Shown one piece after another: positions 27,926 to 37,689 of a stretch of 64,000 nucleotides of DNA. The notes beneath the pieces are model-generated. The model saw only the letters and a program-made list of their open reading frames with translations. It did no database searches and was not told the origin of the DNA. Numbering within the stretch: the stretch's first letter is position 1; each line of letters begins with the position of its first letter. The position numbers and the translations under genes were made by a program. Origin of the DNA: a bacterium (lineage in GTDB: Bacteria; Hinthialibacterota; Hinthialibacteria; Hinthialibacterales; Hinthialibacteraceae); NCBI GenBank assembly GCA_963662285.2, contig CAXXMV010000006.1, positions 864,001 through 928,000 of the forward strand, in the 5' to 3' direction.

Positions 27926-28981
27926 ATGGATTTGAAAGAGCGTGCGTTCTCTCCATCTGAATATGCAGATAAAAAAGAACTGCGCCGCTTTATGCGTGAA
28001 AAACGATCTCTGCAAGATCCCCGCGCTATGCAGTTGAAGAATCAGCGAATTGCTGAACGTTTTATCTCTATCCCCGAATTTGCTGATGTTTCATCTATAG
28101 CGCTCTATGCCTCTCTCTCAGATGAATCTCAAACTTATGCTATTGCTTCGTATTGCTTACAAATGGGAAAGTCCATTGCCTTTCCATGCATAGAAGAGAA
28201 AGACATAGTTTTTCGCCAGGTGAAAGATCGAGAAAAAGAGTTGCGCTTACAGGGTTCTTTCGGCATCCGTGAACCGGATAAAGATCTATGTCCTATAGTA
28301 CCTATTGAAGAGATTGATCTGTTCGTTATTCCTGGAGTTGTATTTGATATCTTCGGCTCGCGCATCGGATTCGGCGGTGGATATTATGACCGGGCGTTGG
28401 CTCAAAAACGGTCAGATGCATTGTCTGTCGCCCTTGCCTTTGAGTTTCAAGTGGTTCATGCAATCCAATCTGAACCGCACGACCAGCTGGTTGATATGAT
28501 TGTTACCGATGCAACGGTTTATGCTCCACGGCAATCAATTCACCTATGTAATTCGGAAAAGGATACTCAAACCTTTGCCAAACGGTTGTTTATGAAAGGG
28601 CTTCGGGAACAGGAAATTATTGCTTTACATGCTGACTTAGGCGTCGGTAAAACTGTTTTCGTCCAGGGTTTAGCCGATGCTTTAGGCGCCAATGATGATG
28701 TAATCAGCCCGACATTCATGTATAGCCGTGAATATCAATCCAACCCGCCTTTGACGCACATGGATGCTTATCGTTTGGATAATCTTGCTGATGTAAGCGA
28801 TCCGTTCTGGACGGAATTATTGGATCATCGCGGCATTTTGGCTATAGAATGGGCTGAACGGCTGGGCAGCCGGTTGCCTAAAAGCGCCATTCACTGTTTT
28901 GGAGAAATTATTGATGATCAAACCCGTCAATGGACCCTCTTTACAGCTATTAATGAACATAACCAATTAAATGAGATATAA
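27926..28981 (+). CDS. fusion: 5-formyltetrahydrofolate cyclo-ligase (YgfA) + t6A ATPase TsaE
   Basis: N-half KKELRR, FGIREP, IDLFVIPGVVFD, RIGFGGGYYDR, EPHDQLVD; C-half ADLGVGKTVF, ISPTF, HMDAYRL, IEWAE; precedes tsaB; GTG at 27902 is an alternative start. Confidence 0.9.
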   Translation: MDLKERAFSPSEYADKKELRRFMREKRSLQDPRAMQLKNQRIAERFISIPEFADVSSIALYASLSDESQTYAIASYCLQMGKSIAFPCIEEKDIVFRQVKDREKELRLQGSFGIREPDKDLCPIVPIEEIDLFVIPGVVFDIFGSRIGFGGGYYDRALAQKRSDALSVALAFEFQVVHAIQSEPHDQLVDMIVTDATVYAPRQSIHLCNSEKDTQTFAKRLFMKGLREQEIIALHADLGVGKTVFVQGLADALGANDDVISPTFMYSREYQSNPPLTHMDAYRLDNLADVSDPFWTELLDHRGILAIEWAERLGSRLPKSAIHCFGEIIDDQTRQWTLFTAINEHNQLNEI

Positions 28982-28984
28982 AAT

Positions 28985-29689
28985 ATGTTGATTCTGGCCA
29001 TTGATACATCATCCCCCACCGGTTCCGTCGCCTTGCGCGATGGTAGCGGGACTATCGGCATTTTGACCGCCTGCGTCGATTTGACCCATAGCGAAGGTCT
29101 TATGCCCGCCGTTGATGATTTATTAAAACGCACCGGGAAAAATGTTGATGATATATCGGCTTTGGCATGCGTCACTGGTCCGGGATCATACACCGGATTA
29201 CGGGTGGGCATCGCTACTGCTCATGGTCTGGCATTAACCAAGAATCTGCCTTGCGTGGGAATATCTTCTCTAGAAGTGCTCTCTTGGATTTTACCTCATT
29301 CCCGTTATCTTCTTTGCCCGCTTCTGCCAGCGCGAAAAGGATGGGTCTATGCCAGGCTGTATCGCTGGAAGGATTCCGCTCCAATAGCGCTTACTGATGA
29401 ACTTAATGTTGAGCCGGATGAACTGATTCGCTCGATTCATGAATCCACTGTTTTTTATGGTCCGGGACTGGCGCCCAACCGGGATGATCTAAAAGCCATG
29501 CTGCAAGATCAATTTATTGAAATACCGGAGGTCTGCAATCTTCCCCGTGCGGATATCCTGGCGCAATTGGCCGCGCATCAGTTGGAGTCGGGCAATGGCG
29601 TATCAGCCGAAGAATTGCTGCCCCATTATCTTGGTTCTTCACAAGCTGAATTAAACTGGAAAAAGCGCCAGAGCGTACTATCAAAATGA
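28985..29689 (+). CDS. tsaB: tRNA threonylcarbamoyladenosine biosynthesis protein TsaB
   Basis: ILAIDTSS, HSEGLMP, GPGSYTGLRVG, LLPHY. Confidence 0.93.
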   Translation: MLILAIDTSSPTGSVALRDGSGTIGILTACVDLTHSEGLMPAVDDLLKRTGKNVDDISALACVTGPGSYTGLRVGIATAHGLALTKNLPCVGISSLEVLSWILPHSRYLLCPLLPARKGWVYARLYRWKDSAPIALTDELNVEPDELIRSIHESTVFYGPGLAPNRDDLKAMLQDQFIEIPEVCNLPRADILAQLAAHQLESGNGVSAEELLPHYLGSSQAELNWKKRQSVLSK

Positions 29690-30153
29690 CCTGCTTAATT
29701 CGACCACTCTCTGAAGATGATATTGATGCCATATGCGCTATAGAGAATGCGTCCTTTTCCAACCCTTGGACGCGCAAAATGTTCTTGGCGGAATTGAATT
29801 TTCAAGGCTTTCATTTTTCCCGCGTGGCCGAAGATGAAGCATCCGGTCAACTGGTGGGATATAATTTCTTCTGGATTGTTCCCGAAGACGAAGTGCAGAT
29901 CGCCAATATAGCAGTCCACCCCGATCACCGCCGCCAGGGAATCGCACAGCTACTGATTGATGACGCCATTCAAGAAGGTAAAGTCAGAAATGTAACCAGC
30001 GTCAGCCTTGAAGTGCGTGAATCCAACCTCCCCGCCCGGAAATTCTATGAAAAACTGGGTTTCAAACAAGTAGGCAACCGCCCCAACTACTACAATCACC
30101 CCAAAGAAGACGCGCTGATCCTGCGGCTGTTTTTCGGGGATGATTTAGGATAA
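29686..30153 (+). CDS. rimI: ribosomal protein S18-alanine N-acetyltransferase RimI
   Basis: IENASFSNPW, NIAVHPDHRRQGIA, LEVRESN, FYEKLGF, RPNYY..EDA; ATGA overlap with tsaB. Confidence 0.92.
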   Translation: MTCLIRPLSEDDIDAICAIENASFSNPWTRKMFLAELNFQGFHFSRVAEDEASGQLVGYNFFWIVPEDEVQIANIAVHPDHRRQGIAQLLIDDAIQEGKVRNVTSVSLEVRESNLPARKFYEKLGFKQVGNRPNYYNHPKEDALILRLFFGDDLG

Positions 30154-30186
30154 TATTCAGATTTTTTTTTTGATAAGTCTACATCC

Positions 30187-31050
30187 TTAAGTATTTCCAT
30201 GGGATTCATCTGACTGATCATCTGGTTGACTCATCATCATTTCGCCGGAAAATGGCGTAGTTTCGCTTGTGGTGATTGTTTTTTCTTGTTTCGCTTTAGC
30301 GGTTTCTTTTTCTCGTTGCGCCTTTTTTATTAAACGTTTTACGTTTTTGGTTGCCTCTTGAAATTCTTCGCCGCCTGAGATTTCTCGTTTAAAAACTTCT
30401 GATTCAAGGATTGTTTTAATATCTTCAATTTGGATTTGAACGCCGGGTGAAACGCGCCTAACTTCACGGCGAATAGATACAAGCACGGGATCGCTAAGAA
30501 TGATTGCGGCAAGACAAAATTTGTTCGTTGCTTGCTTCTGTGTATGAAAATCTTCAAGAGCGGATTTTCGGATCGCATCGCGTGTGAGGAGAAATAGCAT
30601 TTCAAGATGAGATTCATTTTTGGGATTTAAGTTGAGGATATTGAAATACAATATATGTTCATGCTCTATAGGGCGTTTAAATAAGATCCGGTAAACATGC
30701 CACTCTTGCACGTTTGTGAGGATAACCCATTCAACTCCATCGTTGGCGGCATAATCGACTACTTGCTTCAAGTGGTTGTCCTTAAGTTCAATCCCTATCG
30801 CTTTGACTTCAATTAGAACACTAATTTTACCATCAAGTTTAACTGCCAGATCACAATAGGTTCCTCGGATTGCATATTCGCTTGTTATTTCAGAATACTT
30901 ATCATAACCGAACATATCCCCCAGCATGTCTGTTGTAATGGTTACAGTATCAGATTCATTTATGTCGCGGTTTTTAGCAGATTCGATGATTGGCTGGAAT
31001 TTTTTAAGAGACTGAATTAAGCGTTCTTTGATGCGTTTCGGGATATCCAT
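30187..31050 (-). CDS. stand-alone type I restriction HsdR N-terminal-like PD-(D/E)xK domain protein
   Basis: NESDT...GYD...EY...CDLAV...LIEVKA...QVVDYA...WVILTN..EW; no helicase domain. Confidence 0.8.
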   Translation of the reverse strand: MDIPKRIKERLIQSLKKFQPIIESAKNRDINESDTVTITTDMLGDMFGYDKYSEITSEYAIRGTYCDLAVKLDGKISVLIEVKAIGIELKDNHLKQVVDYAANDGVEWVILTNVQEWHVYRILFKRPIEHEHILYFNILNLNPKNESHLEMLFLLTRDAIRKSALEDFHTQKQATNKFCLAAIILSDPVLVSIRREVRRVSPGVQIQIEDIKTILESEVFKREISGGEEFQEATKNVKRLIKKAQREKETAKAKQEKTITTSETTPFSGEMMMSQPDDQSDESHGNT

Positions 31051-31287
31051 TTGCTTCTCCTTGAATATTTCTTGGGAATTTGAACTATTTACAAAATAAC
31101 AAAAAAATTATAAAAAAATAGTAGAATTTGATTTAAAATGGATAAAATAACTTTTTTTCATTTATCTTGAAGATAATATTCCTTATAAATGCGCAATTTT
31201 TATCAAAGTAAATCTAAAAGTTATGATTTGTCGCACTTATGGTATTTTTTATTTTTTACAACTCTACAGTAAATCGAAAATATGTAT

Positions 31288-31319
31288 AAAAAAATGGGGC
31301 AATCGTAACGATTGCCCCA
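31288..31319 (-). terminator. intrinsic terminator after the LamG gene
   Basis: TGGGGCAATCG/CGATTGCCCCA stem followed by T7 on the minus strand. Confidence 0.8.
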
Positions 31320-31345
31320 ATTCTGTTCTCAATCAAGCAACTCGA

Positions 31346-33403
31346 TTAATACAAAGACCAGTGATTAACCTCGACGGGTCCTGCGGCGCCGTGGAATGTT
31401 GCGTCGCGTCCGTTGCCGCTGATGTCGGTTAGAACGCCTTCTTCCATCTGGCGGGAGGTATAATACATCATTAAGCCGTTATCTTTCATTTCGCTGATAT
31501 TTTCCTCTTCGGGAGGCGTTCCCAGCAATGCTTGAATCTCGGTTTCGCTTAGGGCGCGGTTCCAAATTCGGATGTTTTCCATGGCGCCTTCATACAATGC
31601 GCCGTCTTCTGATAATGCGCCGATATACAGAGGCGTTCCGCCCCAGGGGAGCATGCCGAAGGCGTCCACGTCATCCACCAGCACTCCGTTGTAGTAGAGT
31701 TTCATTAATTCCATGTCGTAAGTTCCGCATAGATGCACCCATTGTCCGGCGGGCGGCATGGGGGCGGCGGCGTCTCCGGCATCTGGTACGAACATGTGGA
31801 TGCGGTTGCCGTACTGTGATCCTCCAAACAGACTGAATTCTTCACCAGAGCCGCCGCGGCCTACGATGCCCAGATTCGTCATTTGGCGGTCATGGAAAAC
31901 GGGAGTCAAATTCACCCAGGCCTCGATTGTGATATAGTCTATTTCAAATAAATCCGGATCATCAAAAACCGCGTAATTGGTTTGGCCGTCGAACACGATG
32001 CCTTGTTCAGGTTTAAAGGCCAGATGCGACTCATCGATTTCAAAGGCGCCGAAAGTCCCATCGTTGCCATTGCCGGTCAGGTCGATTAACTGGTCGCCAT
32101 CCACTGAGCGGGACGCCCAATAGGCGATCAATCCATTGGTTTTCATGGCCTCGATATCTTCATCTTCCGGCTTGATTTTTAACAAGTTCAGGATTTCTTC
32201 TTCGGTCAGCGCTTTATTCCAGATTTTCATATTTTCCATCTGGCCGTCCAGGTGACGGCTGCCCGGTTCCAGGGCGCCGAGGTACAATGGCGCGTCGCTA
32301 TCAAGCGGTTGTCCCGGAGCAGAAGATTCATGCTGCAAAATGCCGTTGTAGTATAGCCTTTTGGTTCCATCATCCGTGCGGACACCAACGATGTGAATCC
32401 ATTCATTAGCCGGTGGGACAGGGCCGTTGGCGTGACTGTATCCGCTTACATCTTCGACCAGGAACCTAATCCGGTCGTAAAGATAAAAGGTGAATAAGTT
32501 GGGCGCCCCGCCGCGGTTCATGAATACCTGATTTTCGTGCATGCGGTCGAATTTTACCCAAACTTCAAGAGAAAACGCGGATAGATTAAATGGCGTTCCA
32601 TCCTCGATCTTGACGTAAGTGCTTTGCCCGTCAAATGAGATTCCACCATCAGGCATGAAGGTCAGATTGCTTTGATCAAGGGTATATGTTACTTTGGCTG
32701 CATTGTTGTTTCCGGCCAGGTCATTAACCGTGTTATCTTCAACCGAACGTTGCGACCAATAAGATATCAAGCCATCTGATTTCATTTGATCGATATTCTC
32801 ATCAGCGGGTTGAGTGGCAAGCAATGCGGCGATTTCGGCTTCGCTAAGCGCGCGGTTCCAGATGCGTAAATTTTCCAGCATCCCATTTAGGTGCCGATCT
32901 CCCGGTTCCAACGCGCCAATCATTAAAGGTTCTTCACCATAACGAGTGACTGCTTCCCAGGCGGTTTCAGCAACCAGAATGCCATTATAATACAGTCGCA
33001 CAAAGGCTCCATCAAAGACGCCGGCCACATGCACCCATTCGCCTGCGGGGAAGATTTCGGTTATGGCTGATTCATGGCCATTATCAACATTCTCGACCAG
33101 AAAACGTCCGTTGCCGTTATCGGCGTATAGAGTGAAATATTCTCCTCCGGCGCCCCGTCCGGCGATTTGCTGGCGGCCAGAGTTGTCGCGTAAATTGACC
33201 CAGGTTTCCACTGTAATCGCGTCAACGTTGAAATCATCGACTGTCGTCACCTGTAAAAATTCCGTAGTTCCATTGAGCGAGATGCCGCGTTCCGGTTTCC
33301 AGGTGAGTTTAGATTCATCCAACTGAGCCTGACAGACTGAACTTAAACCCATAATGAATAAACCAACGAAAGTTACGCTCCATATTCTTTGCCAATGTTT
33401 CAT
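31346..33403 (-). CDS. exported protein with three LamG-like jellyroll domains and C-terminal V-x-x-W-x-L-Y motif
   Basis: Signal peptide (CQA-Q); three repeats with T(V/I)E.WV, W.H..G.(F/Y)D...LYYNG, EN..IWN.AL...EI; ends VEVNHWSLY. Confidence 0.88.
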   Translation of the reverse strand: MKHWQRIWSVTFVGLFIMGLSSVCQAQLDESKLTWKPERGISLNGTTEFLQVTTVDDFNVDAITVETWVNLRDNSGRQQIAGRGAGGEYFTLYADNGNGRFLVENVDNGHESAITEIFPAGEWVHVAGVFDGAFVRLYYNGILVAETAWEAVTRYGEEPLMIGALEPGDRHLNGMLENLRIWNRALSEAEIAALLATQPADENIDQMKSDGLISYWSQRSVEDNTVNDLAGNNNAAKVTYTLDQSNLTFMPDGGISFDGQSTYVKIEDGTPFNLSAFSLEVWVKFDRMHENQVFMNRGGAPNLFTFYLYDRIRFLVEDVSGYSHANGPVPPANEWIHIVGVRTDDGTKRLYYNGILQHESSAPGQPLDSDAPLYLGALEPGSRHLDGQMENMKIWNKALTEEEILNLLKIKPEDEDIEAMKTNGLIAYWASRSVDGDQLIDLTGNGNDGTFGAFEIDESHLAFKPEQGIVFDGQTNYAVFDDPDLFEIDYITIEAWVNLTPVFHDRQMTNLGIVGRGGSGEEFSLFGGSQYGNRIHMFVPDAGDAAAPMPPAGQWVHLCGTYDMELMKLYYNGVLVDDVDAFGMLPWGGTPLYIGALSEDGALYEGAMENIRIWNRALSETEIQALLGTPPEEENISEMKDNGLMMYYTSRQMEEGVLTDISGNGRDATFHGAAGPVEVNHWSLY

Positions 33404-33451
33404 CGTATTCTCCTTTCGATATAAGCATCCTTATTCATTAAATAAAAATAA

Positions 33452-34003
33452 TTAAGGCCCGAATCGGTATATATCTCCATCGCTTCGCAATCCATTGCTT
33501 AAATCAAACCACAACAGGTATTGTTTTTCGGTGGATTCAAAATCCTGATCCGGCCCGAAACTCATGATACACCATCCACCTTTTTGCTGTTTGATGGATG
33601 CCATGGCCGGATGGTCGAACCAGGTACTCGTACGACGGTGGTTCATAGTGTCCGGTCCCCAAAATGGATAAACCGCGTTTGGTTCAATATCTATGGTGTT
33701 AAAAACATCCCGCACGCTGGCTGACATATATGCCACTGGAGTGGTTAAGCGTTTGAAGCGTAATTGCCGTGGATTGATAAACGTAGTGGAATCTGGCCAA
33801 TAGGTATTGGGGTATGAACCTTCATCGATCATGTACATTTCTATAGCTGTTCCGATAGCTTTCATGTTGCTTTCGGTAGCGGCCACTTTAGCGCGAACCT
33901 GAGCATTGAGAAAATTGGGTACGGCGATGGCTGCCAGGATGCCAATGATTGCTACAACGATCAGTAATTCGATTAGGGTAAAACTGAATTGTCTATTATG
34001 CAT
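33452..34003 (-). CDS. GspG-like major pseudopilin / prepilin-type protein
   Basis: S|FTLIELLIVVAIIGILAAIAVPNF, NMKAIGTAIEMY..DEGSYP, LTTPVAY, SFGPD, SNGLRSDGDI. Confidence 0.88.
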   Translation of the reverse strand: MHNRQFSFTLIELLIVVAIIGILAAIAVPNFLNAQVRAKVAATESNMKAIGTAIEMYMIDEGSYPNTYWPDSTTFINPRQLRFKRLTTPVAYMSASVRDVFNTIDIEPNAVYPFWGPDTMNHRRTSTWFDHPAMASIKQQKGGWCIMSFGPDQDFESTEKQYLLWFDLSNGLRSDGDIYRFGP

Positions 34004-34110
34004 CTCAATTTCCTGATAAAGATTTATTCATTGAAGAATCGTATGAATTTTTAGAATGTTGCCAGAATCGATTGTATCATAGATTAATTGTTAATACTCA
34101 ACTTATTTCT

Positions 34111-34917
34111 CTATTCGATAATATTATTGGCAGAATTGTACTGTTGATCAAAGGCCTTTTGCCAATCTTCAATGCTACTGTCTTCAGGCAATTCTATACC
34201 TGTAAGAATTTTAAGCGCTTGTTCAATGTCATGCCTATAGATTGATTCATTATTCTTGATCAGGACTTCTAAAAGAATCGGAAAATCTATTTTGGGAGCG
34301 CCATTTTTTGCCAGTATTTCTGTTAGTTGTACTGCGGTGTAAATACTGGCTTGCGAAACAATTTGGCGAAGCTCTGCTAGATCAGTTGGATTGCTTTTTA
34401 TTTGTTGAACTAAAGAGCGCCCGGGGCCATACTCGCTCCAATTGATAATGAATTCCGCGCGCGTCCTGTTGTGATTAGTCCACAATGAAAAACATAATAA
34501 ACTGGCTAAAGCGATGCCGCCGGTTATTGAAACGGTAATGTATTTAATTCTTTGTTTCTTATCCCATTTGTTGCGAACATTTTTATTTGCAGTATTTATT
34601 GCGAGAAGGATAGGGGGGATTAAAAGAAATAAAGAAAGGAATGGTATATAAATAACTAAACCAATAATTATCACGCTAAAACCAATCAGGATGGCTCGAT
34701 ATCTTATTGGCAGTCCCCATGTATGAGGTATGTGTTTATTTGCGGCATCACAGGCAGTTACAAACCAAATTACCGGAAACAAAATCCAAAGAGTGAATGG
34801 TGGAAGAAAGTAATCGAAATAGGCCATAGCGCAGATGTTGCATGCAGAAGCCGAAACAGGGCATCCAATTATTATCGCAATACCAACTAGTTGTATAAGA
34901 TGTTTTCTACTCATCAA
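34111..34917 (-). CDS. hypothetical membrane protein
   Basis: Signal-like N-terminus followed by ACNIC, several TM segments and a helical C-terminal domain; AAGGAG RBS. Confidence 0.65.
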   Translation of the reverse strand: MMSRKHLIQLVGIAIIIGCPVSASACNICAMAYFDYFLPPFTLWILFPVIWFVTACDAANKHIPHTWGLPIRYRAILIGFSVIIIGLVIYIPFLSLFLLIPPILLAINTANKNVRNKWDKKQRIKYITVSITGGIALASLLCFSLWTNHNRTRAEFIINWSEYGPGRSLVQQIKSNPTDLAELRQIVSQASIYTAVQLTEILAKNGAPKIDFPILLEVLIKNNESIYRHDIEQALKILTGIELPEDSSIEDWQKAFDQQYNSANNIIE

Positions 34918-34941
34918 TACTTCTCCTTACTAAATGTTGAG

Positions 34942-35028
34942 AAGTTCTTAGGCTAAATTATCATCGATATTTTCTTGCATGAAGGTCATTTTGAGAATAG
35001 TCATCTCCTCGAAGATATTAGAGCGATT
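34942..35028 (-). repeat. duplicated upstream (promoter/leader) segment, copy 1
   Basis: Core GTCATTTTGAGAATAGTCATCTC (34985-35007) matches 39823-39845 at 22/23; weaker similarity extends both ways. Confidence 0.7.
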
Positions 35029-35064
35029 ATCAAAAATATTTTCGATTTATTTTCACGTTTGATC

Positions 35065-35098
35065 TTCGTAGAAGCCAATCTTCTCTGGCTTCTACGAA
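35065..35098. terminator. hairpin downstream of the glycoside hydrolase gene (terminator or mini-REP)
   Basis: Perfect 13-bp stem TTCGTAGAAGCCA/TGGCTTCTACGAA, no clear U-tract. Confidence 0.45.
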
Positions 35099-35113
35099 TA
35101 GCCAATCATAACA

Positions 35114-37459
35114 TTATTGTGAAATACGAATAATGGAATACGGTTCTAAGGAATATGTTTTTCCATCAGGCAAACTCACATCAACACAGGCGTCTCCATA
35201 ATTGATAGCAAGGATGCAACCATCTTGCTGGATGCTGAAAAACACCTTGTCGGGGTGTTGAATGCGTAGCGCCTTTTGGGTAAGCGGGTGAAGTTGATTC
35301 ACCGACAGCAGTACAGTATTGACATAGTCGCCATACAGGCCGGGCGGTTCCATGTCGCCGGGGAAGCGGTGAAACGCTCCCTGCCCTGTATCGCCCCTCG
35401 CCCATTTCTTGAATGTGGTGCTCTTCCCGTTCACTGTTTCCAGATCACCTTTGGGGAAAGATGGATATATTACCGTTCCGCCTTTACGCATCCAGGCGTC
35501 GATTATTTCAAGAACATCGTCATCGATAATCTTACCCCAGGCGAAGATGAATACTTTGTATCGATCCAAAAAGCCATCACGAATCAAGGTCTCATTCAGG
35601 TAATCCACCTCGACATGCTTACGGATTTCCCGAGCGCGTGGATTGAAGCCCCAGGCGTACAAATGGCGAAACGTTCCTTCATCCAATTGGTTCATGGTTT
35701 CGGGATAGTAAATCGCCGCATCAATAACGGGGTCTTGCCGGGTATCGAGTATCGAAAAATGTTCCAACCATTTTTGGATGGCCAGGGGATGATTAAAAAT
35801 ATTGGAATGATAGGTAAAGAAATGATCGCCGTTGGTCACGGTGGTGTTGAATAGACGTCCAACCGTCCCACGGGCGGTGTGAGAACTGGCCGGTTCAAAT
35901 CCCAGATCGACGCCATATAACCGCGCCGCGGTGGCCGCTAAACGTGTTGCAAAAAAATTCTGTTGAAAACTATCAGTTTCATTGGTCAAGCGAATGCCGC
36001 CGTCAATGGCGATCATAGACTTGGTTTGATCAACGTAATCGGTACCCGCTTCGAGAAAGCCCCACCCGCCAGCGGATTGATAGATATTTGTATCGGGCAT
36101 GGCATTGCGGGCCTGCTGCGCCCACCAATCGCACCACTTAGACATTGAACTGGTATACCAACGCGCCATATCCAGACGACGGCGTTTGGAATAACAGTTC
36201 ATGGGAAGCACAGTTTTGACTTCATCAAATGCCGTAAAGTTTTTGTCCCATGCTACATTGAGTTGTTTGATGTTCTTATATTGATCCTTTACGTATCGTT
36301 GGAAATCTAACTGCGCATAGGGGTCGCCCGCCCAATAGCCGATGTGAATATGCATGGCCTGACCTTTGTAGCCCCAGTTGCCGCCTGCTGGATACTGTGA
36401 TTCCCCATAGTTGCCGCTTGGTCCCAGGCGCACGCCTTGCAGAACCTTCATGGGTTCGTAATGCTTACCAAAGGCATTCAAGACGCGGATAACGTGTTTT
36501 TTATGATGAGGGCTCCAGATACTCTGGATGGGGTTGGATATACCATGCTCCAGGCATTCAAAACCGACGTTCTCATCGCTATTAATGAACCATTCCGGCA
36601 ATGAATAGGCCGAACCGACTATCAATAGCGGAAACCATTTCAATCCATACTGACCGAGTTTTTCTACTACTGCATCATAAAAACTAAAATCGAAGCGCCC
36701 CAGTTCCGGCTCGATCAAATTCCATTTAACGTAGGATTCAATGGCGTTGAATCCCAATACTTTCGCCAGAGGCGCCAGTTCGTGCAGCGCGTCTATTGAA
36801 GATTTAAGCGCTGTGCTATCCGACAAAACCGCTACTCCCGCCGAACAGACGATATCCATCGGTCTCTTTAATTGAACCATAGGCTCAACCTCAACCGGAA
36901 CGGATTGTATGGCCCGCTGCCAGTCGTCTTCGGAAAAATCGTCATGGATCAGGATACTTTTCAAATACTGTAATCCGGTGATTTTAATATGAGGTTTTTC
37001 AGACTCTTTCCATAGCGAAGGTTTTATAGAATTAAATTGAAAAAAAGCGCTTCTGACGCGTTTTGTGTTTAATCGGGTATATGACGCATAGCGGGCTGCA
37101 TTACTCCACTGCCCATTGAAACGATCATCGGACAAGATGCTGCATTCGATAACGCCCGCCTCTAAATCGTGGAATTGCACTTCGATAACAATGGATTGAC
37201 TATCCTGGCAGATAAGCGCATCGGCTTGAAAATCCCATGATGGTTTCACATAGGGATCACTGGTAAGAGGTTGAATCAAGACTCTGTAATCGTCGAAAGT
37301 TTTTGATTGATAATCTGAAGCATTCAATAACCGCAATGCCTGAGAAGATTCAATGGCTTGCGAAGAGAATAGAACACAAGGTTTATTTCCACAATAAACG
37401 GTGTTGCATGTAACCGCGAACAAAAAAACAGATATTAAATAATAACAATGTTTTCCCAT
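35114..37459 (-). CDS. exported TIM-barrel glycoside hydrolase (GH14/GH42-like)
   Basis: AKVLGFNAIESYVKWNLIEPELGRFDFSFYD, LPEWF, RLGPSGNYGESQYP; C-terminal trimerisation-like domain (LDRYKV...WMRKGGTVI). Confidence 0.72.
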   Translation of the reverse strand: MGKHCYYLISVFLFAVTCNTVYCGNKPCVLFSSQAIESSQALRLLNASDYQSKTFDDYRVLIQPLTSDPYVKPSWDFQADALICQDSQSIVIEVQFHDLEAGVIECSILSDDRFNGQWSNAARYASYTRLNTKRVRSAFFQFNSIKPSLWKESEKPHIKITGLQYLKSILIHDDFSEDDWQRAIQSVPVEVEPMVQLKRPMDIVCSAGVAVLSDSTALKSSIDALHELAPLAKVLGFNAIESYVKWNLIEPELGRFDFSFYDAVVEKLGQYGLKWFPLLIVGSAYSLPEWFINSDENVGFECLEHGISNPIQSIWSPHHKKHVIRVLNAFGKHYEPMKVLQGVRLGPSGNYGESQYPAGGNWGYKGQAMHIHIGYWAGDPYAQLDFQRYVKDQYKNIKQLNVAWDKNFTAFDEVKTVLPMNCYSKRRRLDMARWYTSSMSKWCDWWAQQARNAMPDTNIYQSAGGWGFLEAGTDYVDQTKSMIAIDGGIRLTNETDSFQQNFFATRLAATAARLYGVDLGFEPASSHTARGTVGRLFNTTVTNGDHFFTYHSNIFNHPLAIQKWLEHFSILDTRQDPVIDAAIYYPETMNQLDEGTFRHLYAWGFNPRAREIRKHVEVDYLNETLIRDGFLDRYKVFIFAWGKIIDDDVLEIIDAWMRKGGTVIYPSFPKGDLETVNGKSTTFKKWARGDTGQGAFHRFPGDMEPPGLYGDYVNTVLLSVNQLHPLTQKALRIQHPDKVFFSIQQDGCILAINYGDACVDVSLPDGKTYSLEPYSIIRISQ

Positions 37460-37689
37460 GATGCCTCCATATTATTGTTATAACATAAGAACGCTTGATT
37501 GTATAACAAACGTTCTATATAAGTGAAGAGGTTATCATGCCCGATGTTGATATATCACAACATCCGGTTATTTCGGGTCGCCTTGTTTAATCCAATCGAT
37601 ATCGAATGCTGTCATAGCGACAAGCGTTAGTGTAAGTAATAGGTATACTCGAATCACTGTTTTTCTTATCAATTAATACTTGGTTATAT

